64,000 nt of DNA from Lama glama (Eukaryota), in the NCBI GenBank assembly GCA_028534125.1, contig CM052816.1, positions 27,034,001-27,098,000 of the forward strand, written 5' to 3'. Both the position numbers and the translations under genes were made by a program. Of the stretch, positions 54,051 through 64,000 are shown piece after piece; within the stretch, counting starts at the first letter, position 1; the number at the start of each line of letters is the position of its first letter. The notes below the pieces were generated by a model that was not told the origin of the DNA, did not search any database, and saw only the letters and a program-made list of their open reading frames with translations.

Positions 54051-54299
54051 TCAACACTGTTCCCCAAACTTTGGTACCTTCACTTCTGGCATATATACGA
54101 AATTATTCCAGGTGGAACACCAATACAACTTTTAAAGTGTAATCATAGGTATGTGAATATCAATAGCTATATACTTATTTTTACTAGACTCACCATCATA
54201 TTTTTCTGTGTTTTGTTTCAGAGAAATCCTTATTTGCAAAGAAAAGTACTTGCCATATAAATAAAATATTTGCAGTATCCCTGAAGCACCTTTAGTTTT

Positions 54300-54643
54300 T
54301 ATTATTTTTTTAAATAGTGGCTTTATTGAGATACAATTCATAGATCAGGTTCACTCTTATAAAATGTGTAATTCAGCGATTTTTAGTATATTCACAAAGT
54401 ATATTCTGATCACTACTACCTAATTTCATAACATTTTTATTATCCCCCCCAAAAATTCCACAGGCATTAAGCAGTTACCCCTTGTTCTCCACTTGCCCCA
54501 GGCCCTGAAAACCACAAATTTAATTTTTGTTTCTATGGATTTACCTATTTTGGATATTTCTTTTTACATTTTTATTTATTTATTTTTATTGAAGTGTAAC
54601 AGTTTACAATGTTGTATCAATTTCTGGTGTACTTCAGTCATAC

Positions 54644-54674
<31 letters not shown>

Positions 54675-55071
54675 TATATATATATATATATATATTCCTT
54701 TACATATTCTTTTTCATCATAGGTTACTACAAGATATTGGATATAGTTCCCTGTGCTATACAGCATAAACTTGTATAAACTTGTTGTTTATCTGTTTTAT
54801 ATATAGTTTTATATATAGCAAGTCTTGAACTCCCCTTCCTAACCCCTTCCTCCCTCAGTAACCGTAAATGTGTTTTCTATGTCTGTGAGTCTGTTTCTAT
54901 TTTGTAAATACGTTCCTTTGTGTCTTTTTTTTTAGATTCACATGTAAGTGATAACATGTGGTGTTTTTCTTTCTTTCTGGCTTACTTCACTTAGTATGAT
55001 GATCTACAGGTCCATCCATATTGCTGCAAATGACATTATTTTATTCTTTTTTTATCACTGAGTAGTATTCC

Positions 55072-55123
<52 letters not shown>

Positions 55124-55872
55124 TATCCAACTTCTTTATCTAGTCACCTATTGATGGACATTTAGGTTGCTTCCATGTCTTGGTTATTATAAATAGTGCT
55201 GCTATGAATATTGGGGTGTATGTATCTTTTCGAATTAGAGTTTTCTCCAGATTTATGCCCAGGAGTGGGATTGCTGGATCATACGGTAAGTCTAGTTTTA
55301 GTTTTTAAAGGAATCTCCATACTGTTTTCTATAATGGCTGCACCAATTTACATTCCCACCAATAGTGTAGGAGGGTTCTCTTTTCTTCACGCCCTCTGCA
55401 TATTTCTTATGAATGGAATCATACAATACATGTCCTTTTGTGTCTGGTTTTGTTCATTTTGCATACTATTTTCAGCATTCATCTATTTGTATCATATGCC
55501 AATACTTGATTCCTTTTTATGGCTAAATAATATACCGCTGTTTGTCCACCCATCAGTTGATGGACATTTGGGTTGTTTTGCTTTTTGGCTTTTATGAATC
55601 ATGCTTCTATGAACATACATGTGCAAGTATTTGTTTGAGTTCCTATTTTCAAATCTTTTGGGTAATATATCTAGCAGTGTGATTGCTGGTCTTAATGGTA
55701 ATTCTATGCTTAACTTTTTGAGGAATCACCAAACTGATTTTCACAGTGGCTATACCATGTTACATTCCAAGTAGCAGCATGTGAGAGTTCTAATTTCTTC
55801 ATATCCTCACCAACACTTGTTATTTTCCATTTTTAAAAATTATAGCCACACGAATGAGTATGAAGTGGCATA
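54300..55872 (-). mobile_element. L1MB-type 3' end, interrupted at 54563-55399
   Basis: 'ctttattgagatacaattca...ctatggatttacctattttggatatttc' rejoins 'atgaatggaatcatacaatac'. Confidence 0.85.
54563..55399 (-). mobile_element. Younger lineage-specific L1 3' fragment with (GT)n microsatellites (54644-54694, 55074-55121)
   Basis: Antisense L1 3'UTR. TSD atatttctt (54554-54562 / 55400-55408). Confidence 0.9.
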
Positions 55873-56087
55873 TGTATTTATCTTCAAGTATCTTTGAAAA
55901 TAAATACATTAGATTTAACACATAAATAAATCATTAGATTCATGGTATTGTTTGTTTTCCATTCACGGCATTGATAAAATTTTCTTAAATATGCTTTTGT
56001 TTAAGTAGAAAAAAGTGAGTAATTTAAAGAAAACAAGTAGATATACCACGTATGAATGAGATGTGGATATGGCAAAATTTTTGAAGT

Positions 56088-56235
56088 TGTCACCTGGGGC
56101 AAGTTACTTAGTTTCTTTGAGCCTCAGTTTCATCAGCTGTAATAAAAAGGGGCATTGGACTGTCAAGCAGATTAAATGCGCCAATATTCATAAAGTGCTT
56201 AAAATGGTGCCTGTATAAAAGTGTACTAAATAAAT
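56088..56235 (+). mobile_element. MIR inserted in the MER113-like element
   Basis: 'cctggggcaagttactta...gagcctcagtttcatcagctgtaa...taaagtgcttaaaatggtgcctg'. Confidence 0.85.
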
Positions 56236-57453
56236 AGAGAAGGTGGTATTGAATGACTGAAGTTTGAGAAACTTCTGCATAACTTATACTAGGCTTTTTA
56301 TTAACAGGGATAGGCTTCTGCTACAGAGGGGGTTTTCAGTCAGTTTTTAACTAATAAAATGAACGGTGGAGTGAATTTAACCATGGTGTTGAATTTCCCT
56401 GGTCACCCTGGGCTTGTGTGTGAAAAGGTGCTGCAGAAATGGAGAATTTTCTCCGGGGCGGGTAGTGGTGGCCTGGTGTCACAAGCACAGGCTAGTCCCT
56501 GCTGACATTCTGCCACAGAAAAACCCACGCTTTCCACCAGCCCTAGCCACCACTCAAAATGCTGTGCCGGCAGGAAGGTAGGGAAAACACTGATCTCTTC
56601 TTCCTGGATTCTTGGCTTCATTCTTCTTTGTTTCCTTCCTGTCTAATAATTTTCTAATTAATTGGTTGGGCTGGACTTCAATTCTCCCTCATTTTGGCCA
56701 CGTCAGAAAGCTGAGTACACTGTGACAAAAATGATGATATTTCAGGGTCTTTCTAATGGGTTTTGACCTAGCTAGCATTCTTTGGAAAGATCATGATTGT
56801 AGTCAACAGTAGCCACTTGACCTTCTGGAAAGTGCAACATTACCAACAACTCCCTTCTCTTACCAAATTCATCCTCTTACACTTGGATGTCAGAATTGAA
56901 ACATTCAGGAGTTAAATGGCCACATAAAAGTGATTGTTCTTGAGATCAGACATCAAGAACTGACTTGAGTAAAGCAAGAGAGTTAATGAAGAAAAATATT
57001 TCACTGATATTAAAAAAACACTTGAATTTTCATTTGCAGAATTATGAGCAGTGTAATGTTCTCTGCTCAGCACTGCCACTGTTTTATGCATCTTTACAGT
57101 TAATAACTTATTCTAGGTATTAAATCTGTCACATTCCTTTTACTTGGGCCTGAAGTGAAGAATTTACAGCAGGAGACCCAGAACTGACCCAGCAATTTGA
57201 AAACATAACACAGATAGGAATCCAATTATTCTCCATCTAAATGCTGACACGTATGCCCTGCATCAGTATGTGACATCTGAACCAGTCATATTTAATATCT
57301 AACTTATCCAAGCCAACCCAGAAATAAAAACAAAAGGATTAATTCACACCCATTTTCAGAAGAGTTTGAATTTAAAAAAAAATTCCAGTCTGCTCTATGT
57401 AATTTAGATACTGACATAAAACATATTTTTAAAAGTTGGTTAAAGAACAGAAT

Positions 57454-57472
57454 GTGCGCTCCCTCCTGGTGT
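57454..57472 (-). promoter_or_regulatory. Candidate CTCF site
   Basis: Minus strand reads ACACCAGGAGGGAGCGCAC, with its CpG retained, in non-repetitive sequence. Confidence 0.5.
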
Positions 57473-58795
57473 GCTGGTCTTTCCCCTTTTACCTACTATT
57501 TTGCTGTGAAAGAGAAAGAGTTGCTTGTCCAAGTTCATAAAACAAAACAAATCACTTCTGCAGCAGGAATATATCAGAGGCTTGCTCCTCAGGTCTAAGG
57601 GCTCCTGCCAAATGCTCCAACCATTTCTGTTTTTATTCTTTGTAAAATCAGCAACTGGAGCGGCTGAAAACGTTTTCCGTATAAAAATGTAACTAGATCA
57701 AACAGTGGCCTTGCAAAGGGAAGGGGGTGGCCAGGGGAGACTCCTTTGAAAAAGAAATTTGGAAGTTCAAGGGTTGTGGTATAAATAAGAATTACTTTTA
57801 AGAGGTGTAAAATGCAGGATTGTATTTTACTCCTCTTCAGTGGAGAGAAAGGGAGACATTCTAGGAGAGACTAAAGAGTGATAAATAAAAAGATTGTGAA
57901 TTAATCCTTGAACCAAGGAGGAAAGGAGCCTTTTTCTTGTCCTCAGTGTTGAAAGAAGCAAAAGGAAGCAGAAGATGAGGGGACAGCATCAGGAGAAAGA
58001 GAGAGCACGCCATGTGCATCTGCACACATCCAAAACATGCTCACTTCCTCTTGCAAAGATTCAAGTAGAAGTCAAAGCACAGGAAGCAAGCTGATCACCA
58101 GACCTAGTTTCTTATGTTTGATCAAAACTAGGTTCTCGACATGGAGAAAAATAAAATCATTTTGGGAGGTGTTTGACTTTTAATGGATGACAATGACAGT
58201 GACAGGGCAGATTATCCAACAACCCTTAAGAAAAAATTTCTTAGCCATCTTTTTACAATGTGTGAATTGGACCTTGGCTTTTTTTAGTCTGTTATATTTA
58301 TGTTATGAGAGACTAACTCCAGTCTATCAGAATCACCAAGAGGAACAAAGCCAACACAATTTATACAACCCAGAATCTCCAGAAATTCAAATAGAAACAA
58401 ACTAAAACTCTTAACACCAAAACTCAAAACGACATCAAGAACAATCCTCTTCCACCAAATACACAAGCTCTATATTTGCACGAGTACATATTTTAACTCA
58501 TAGGAAAATACGATCTGGAAAACCACCAAAATCTTAGCAGTGATTATTATATTTTAGAAAGGCAGTGGGATTGGAGGATGGGGAATGGGGCTTTTAAATA
58601 TTACTTTATAAATCGTCTTTCAAACATAGTGCAGAACAAGCAGTCATGCGCTTACCACTGAGGTTTAACAACTGTTAGTACTTTGTGCTCTTTTTTTTTT
58701 CTAGATTCCTCGCTTTGCTCCCCATCCCTTTACTTTACAGATACCATAGTGTGTTGATCCATATTTTCTGAAAATGTACTTGGAACTCACTCTAG

Positions 58796-58808
58796 GTTGC
58801 TTGGCAAC
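58796..58808. promoter_or_regulatory. Candidate RFX X-box
   Basis: Palindromic GTTGC-TTG-GCAAC. Confidence 0.4.
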
Positions 58809-59329
58809 AGTCCAGCTGAGACTAGAGGTATCTTCATCTCCTTGTTGGAGGGGCTACACCCAAGTTCAGCTTTCCATGGCAGCCCTAGCCTCTAACCCCA
58901 CCAGGCGTTCAGCAAATTTCCATGGGCCCCAGGATTTTCAAGTGTAGGACAGCTTATTTTCCCAGACAACTCTGTAAACAGCTGACATCCAAAATTCTGA
59001 CTTCCTGGCACCCAGTAGCCAGTGTATTCCCCTATTAATAAGGCAGATTTCTTGCCATGCCCTACAAACAAGCAGAAAAACAGGAAAGCCACGTCCCTCC
59101 ATTAGCTCACAGATTCACCTCTCTGTAGGATGGCAGAATGACGGAGACGCTGCGTCTTTTCCTGCCAATCGTGGTCTCTTAACACGTGTTTTCTCTTTGC
59201 GCAAGAAAGCCCATTTCTTAACCTGTTCCAGATGACACTGTAGAAATCATTTTCAGCCCTAGTTTAGGACAAGTGATCATCCAAGTGGGACTCACCTGAC
59301 ATGGCAGGTGATCACCATGAAAGACTCTA

Positions 59330-61150
59330 AATTGCAAAACAGGGAGTGTTTTTCTCTTTTGTACCCTTCTCAAATTCCATTTCCACTCTCCCCAGAGGCA
59401 AGCACCAACCTGAAGTAGATGTGTGCTCATGTGTTTGTACTTCTAATACGTATGGATATATTTATACCTTATATATAGAATTGTTTTCTGAGTTTTAAAA
59501 ATTTACATTAATTCTTTCTGTAACTGCCTCTTTTTAATCAACATTATATGTCTGAGACCTATCCATGTGGATTGTGTATTTCAATCTGACAGTCTCTGTG
59601 TCTTAATAAGCAAATTTAATCTACTGACATTTATTGAGATTTTTGATATTTATTATGATGAGGATGACAACGCTTTCAAATTTCCTTTCTTTTTTCCCCA
59701 CTGCTTTACTTTTCTTTTTCTCTCTTGGTTTAAGCAAAGTATTTTTAAAAATCTGCTCTTTTCAAAGTAATCCAAAATCTATTCTTTTAAGTGGCTACTC
59801 CTAAATTTTTAAATGCATATTTAATGAGGCTAAGGTTGTTAATGAAAGAAGCTTAGACCATTTTAAACTCTGATTACTTCCCTTCTATTTTTCATATATT
59901 GATATCTAGTATTTTATTATCCCTCCTTTTTAAACAGTCATTAGTTATATTTGTCAGCATGTTACGTTTTTCTCCCCCTCTTTATTGTCCTTATAACAGT
60001 GTAATCTATCCCTTACTACTGGGTTCAGTTATTTTTTTTTTCCTTACTGAATACATGACTTTTTAATGTGGGTCTATGCATTTAGTCAAGGTTCTCCACA
60101 GAAGCAGAAGAGAAAGACTGAAGTGGCTCATGAGATCATGAGATTGTGGAGGAAACCCAGAGAAGAGTTGCAGTTTGAGCTGAAAGGCCATCTGCTGGCA
60201 GAATTTTCTTGCTTTCAGGGAGGTCAGTTTTTTCTATTAAGACCTTGAACTGATTGGATGAAGCTCACCCACATCATGGAGAGTAATATTCTCTTCTCAC
60301 AGTCTACTGACTTAAATGTTAAACTCACTTACAAAATATCTTCACAAAAACATCTAGAGTAACGTGTGATCAAGTATCTGGGTACCGTAGCCTACCAAAA
60401 CTGACACATAAAATTAACCACTGCAGTCCCTAGGTAGTGTCATCTCTTAATCTTTGACTGAAAATGATTTTTATTGTTTTATTCTTGAATAATATTTTAG
60501 CTCTTTATAGAATTCTGATTTGAGAATATTTTCCTTCACCTCTGACGACATCATTGCATTGCCTTTTATTGCTGCTAACTAGAATTCTCTAAATCTGACT
60601 GTCATTCTGTTATAAGCAATATCCTCTCTTCTCAGATTTTCAATGATTTATTTATGAGTGTCTAGGCATGGATTTGTTTTTATATTTTTCTTGGGATTTT
60701 TCCATGTTTCTTCAATCTCAGACTATGTCTTTCTTCAGTTCTAGAAAGTTCTCAGCCCTTTTTATTCGAAAATTTTCTTCCCCCATTCTTTATATTTTCT
60801 CTTTTTGGAAGTCTTCTCCAAGTTTCTCACCTACCCTCTATGTCTCTTAGCATCTCGTTAATGTTTTCCATTTATTTCTCTCCCTCTCTGTGATGCATTC
60901 TGGCAATTTTCCTCAAACTCCATCTGCTAATTTACCGAATCTCTCTTTAGTTCTCTCTCTTGGGTTTACAGAATTGTAAATTCAGAGGCCTTTTCTTGTA
61001 ATTTCTAGAATATTGATTTCAAATCTGCTGTCTTTCTTTTTTTCTGAACTGTCCTGTTCTTGTCTTTTGATTTCTATTACTTTATATTTTTGAGGATATT
61101 TGACATATTTACTTTCAGAACAGAATAGGAAATGTTTTGCTATATTTTAT
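59330..61150 (-). mobile_element. Decayed old L1 fragments (3'UTR piece, then ORF1/inter-ORF-like region)
   Basis: 'ttcaatctgacagtctctgtgtcttaata...ttaatctactgacatttattg' and 'ttcttcagttctagaaagttctcagcc'. Confidence 0.65.
60077..60424 (-). mobile_element. MLT2 solo LTR
   Basis: 'tttagtcaaggttctccacagaagcaga...aactgacacataaaattaaccactgca'. Confidence 0.88.
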
Positions 61151-61218
61151 TTCGCTCATTTTGTCAAACTGACTAGGAGTCCACAATGTATTTAAGTAGA
61201 TGATTTAAAAACCATTGG

Positions 61219-61314
61219 AGTATATTCCTGTATGACTGAAGTATTGTGCTGTACACCAGAAATTTACAAAACATTGTAAACTGACTGTACTTCAGTAAAC
61301 AAACAAACAAAAAA
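61219..61314 (+). mobile_element. Short 5'-truncated L1 tail
   Basis: 'gtatgactgaagtattgtgctgtacaccagaaatt...gtaaactgactgtacttcagt' plus an (AAAC)n tail. Confidence 0.85.
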
Positions 61315-62145
61315 GACCAATTGAAGCCAGTTAGACCTTGCTATTAATTATTACCTGAACTTCTCTATGTAGTGTGAATATTAGAAATGGAGATTCTTGG
61401 AGTAGGTGGGCTCAGAGGAGGGCCAGGAAGACCCCTAGCCTACAGCTGGTCATTTTTTTTGACTTCATCTACCTCATGTATTTATACATCTTGGAAACCA
61501 GACTGTATATTTTTTCTCTTCCTTTGAAAAAATTGTACTATTCTCTACTGAAGGAAATTCCCTCCACCAAAATGTTTTCTGTTAAGTATGTCTGTTAATT
61601 TTAATGAGCAATTATCATCAATAAGCTAATATGTAACATTAGCCAGGATGTGCCTAACATTCAATTTGATAAAGAACTAAAGAACCCAGTGCTAGCACCC
61701 TAAGATCTTGAGAAAAAATACACAGTTTTAAGACAAGAGGGCAGAAACTTTTGCTTGTTTCCACAAGACTGCAGAGAATCCTTGTCTGAAATTCAAATGG
61801 CCTCCATTTAGTTTAAGGTTAATTTAAGGTTTTTTTGTTTGTTTGTTTGTTTATTTTGGTGAGCAGGATTGTATTTTACTAGTGTTTGTATTCCTCGACA
61901 GTGTGATTCATACATTATGCTCAGCTTATCTGTGGACTAGAATGTCATATAAACAAATTTGCCAAAGTTGGGAAACTTTTTTCCTCTATGGTTCAGATTT
62001 TTCTATTTAGGCAGCTGTTTTTTGGTAGTAAGTTCATTAGTATAAATTTGTTCTTCATCAGTAGAATTCCAGCTCTATATTATTCCATCTAAAACAAGAA
62101 AACTTTTTGGTCAGTAAGAGGAGGAACCAGTTCATCTAATCCTTC

Positions 62146-62176
62146 CTATCTATCTATCTATCTACCTACCTATCTC
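62146..62176. repeat. (CTAT)n/(CTAC)n tetranucleotide repeat
   Basis: Read directly from the sequence. Confidence 0.85.
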
Positions 62177-62409
62177 TGTCCTCTATGTATTTGTCAATTT
62201 TGGCTGCCTACCTTTCACTTTCTTCTTCTAATAATACTGTAAGTTTTGAGGGGTGAACTTCTCTCTCCATTCTTACCACTGTGATTTGAAAAAGATGTAA
62301 CTGACTTAGTTAAGTCAGCCAATTCCATCATCTGGGCCACAAAGACTAGTTAACTATGGGCATGTAACCCATAGGCAGTGAGATGGGAGAAATGTTTGCA
62401 GAGCTTATA

Positions 62410-63580
62410 TTGGAACCTTTTCACATTGGGAGGACCAGCAGTTCAAACTGACCGGCACAGACATATCTAGGTATGAGTTTGCCTTTCCTCTAGTTCCAGT
62501 ATCTGGGGACTCATTGTGTTTGATCAACTGGCATTGAATCCCACATCATATTGCATCAGAACAGGGACCCACTTTACAGCAAAAAGGTACAAGAAGTGGG
62601 CCCATGATCATGGGATCCACTGGACCTATCACATTCCATACTACCTAGCAGTTGCTGGCCTGATAGAGAGTTAGAAAGACCTGGAGCAGGAGAACTGAAG
62701 AATCAGGTAGGAGGCAATACTTTACAAGGACTAAGTGGCATCCCTCAGAACACAGTATATACTTTGAATCAAAGATCTTTTTTTTTAATTGAAGTACAGT
62801 AAGTTATAATGTGTCAATTTCTGGTGTACAGCACAATGTCCCAGTCATGTGTGTGTCTGTGTGTCTGTGTGTGTGTGTGTATATATTATATATATATATT
62901 TTTTTTTTCATTAAAGGCTATTACAAGAAACTGAATATAGTTCCCTGTGCTATACAGGATAAAATTTCAATTAGTGACCTGTAAGCTTTAGTATAAAACA
63001 TGAAAAACTTTGGTTGAACAACAGTTGAAGAAATAGGACCTTTTTCATGCTACAGTATAAGACGAAACAGATCACAGGAATGTAACAGGAGGTCTAATCT
63101 CATTGCTGCTATTAAGACATTCTACAACCTTGGCCAAGTTACATTAACCTCTTCAGGTTTCTTTTCTACTTTTAATATTCTAGGTTTAACCATTTTTTCA
63201 ATTCTAAAATTATAATTATTTTGCTTTATACTCTTTAAAAATATTTAAAAATAAAAATATTTTTTATAAATTGTTCCTATTTATAGCCTATTCTATACAG
63301 TTTTTTTTGGTGTATATATATTTATATTTTATTGACATATAGTCAGTTTACATTGCATCAATTTCTGGAAGCTCATACGGTACAGCACAGCGAACTATAC
63401 TCAGTATCTTGCAGTAACTTATGGTGAAAAAGAATATGAAAACGAATATATGTATGTTCATGTATGACTGAAGTTTTATGCTGATCTTTTAATTGGTTCT
63501 GTTCCTCAATAGGAAGATCATGTGAGTCTGGGAACCAAGGGTGAAAACAGGAGTGGTTCCACTTAAATCACTCAGTGATA
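62410..63580 (+). mobile_element. ERVL/MaLR internal fragment (integrase remnant), split by an insertion at 62782-63482
   Basis: Frameshifted translation IPHHIASEQ(G)THFTAK...WAHDHGIHWTYHIPYYLAVAGLIES is the ERVL integrase core. It resumes after 63483 ('ggttctgttcc...gtctgggaaccaaggg'). Confidence 0.85.
62782..63482 (-). mobile_element. Composite L1 insertion: 5' inversion, L1 tail, ~340 bp extra DNA and a second L1 tail
   Basis: TSD gatctttt (62774-62781 / 63483-63490). See the corresponding finding. Confidence 0.75.
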
Positions 63581-63589
63581 TAAAATATA

Positions 63590-64000
63590 CAATATAGTGG
63601 TTTCATCAGAGTCACAAAATTATACAACCATCACTAGTATCTAACTACAGAACATTTTCACTACTCCAGAAAGAAACTCCAGGCAGTCATTCTCCATTTC
63701 CCCCACTTCCATCTCTTGGCAATGACTAATGTGTGTTCTATCTCTACAGACTTCCCTATTCTAGACATTTCATATAAACAGTATCATATAATATGTGGCA
63801 TTTGTTCCCAAAGTATAATGTTTTCAAAGGTCAAAAGTTAGAGCAAATGTAGTATTTCGTTCCTTTTCATGGCTGAATAATATTCAATTGGGTAGATACG
63901 GCACATTTTGTCTATCTGTTCAACAGATGATTAACATTTGGGTTGTTTCCACTTTTTGGCTATTAGAAATACTGCTGCTATATAACCATTAGTGTGTATG
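63590..64000 (-). mobile_element. L1MB-type 3' end (runs off the window)
   Basis: 'caaccatcactagtatctaactacagaacattttcac...cctattctagacatttcatataaa'. Confidence 0.88.

Larger units (their letters stand above)
54055..56277 (+). mobile_element. MER113-like hAT-Charlie element split by nested insertions
   Basis: Left end 'cactgttccccaaact'. Right part 'aaagtgagtaatttaaagaaaa...ggatatggcaaaa...gaag|gtggtattgaatgactgaagtttgagaaacttctg'. Confidence 0.7.

Noticed and set aside
59297..59410. Minus-strand candidate exon (cag|gttgg ... cag|gtgagt)
   Set aside because: It largely overlaps an old L1 fragment and has no supporting partner exons.

Overview
About 64 kb of AT-rich, repeat-dense mammalian genomic DNA, intronic or intergenic in character. 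Three Vic-1-type tRNA-derived SINEs point to a camelid (camel, llama or alpaca). I cannot support any intact protein-coding gene, RNA gene or CpG island. The ORF track consists of chance ORFs and decayed L1 ORF2 fragments. The window is a mosaic of old and lineage-specific L1 fragments, L2, MIR, MaLR/MLT1 and MLT2 LTRs, three ERV1-like solo LTRs, hAT MITEs (MER5, MER91, MER103, MER112/113-like), a ~1.3 kb Charlie-type transposase fossil and an ERVL integrase fragment. The most notable structures are: (i) a TSD-flanked L1 insertion combining a twin-priming 5' inversion with an apparent 3' transduction (62774-63490); (ii) a TSD-flanked chimeric L1 3' end (30928-31415); (iii) a possible spliced non-coding transcript at 25.9-28.6 kb; and (iv) candidate CTCF and RFX regulatory sites. 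I found no convincing novel biological system. Repeat subfamily names come from recalled consensus sequences, and boundaries without TSDs are approximate.
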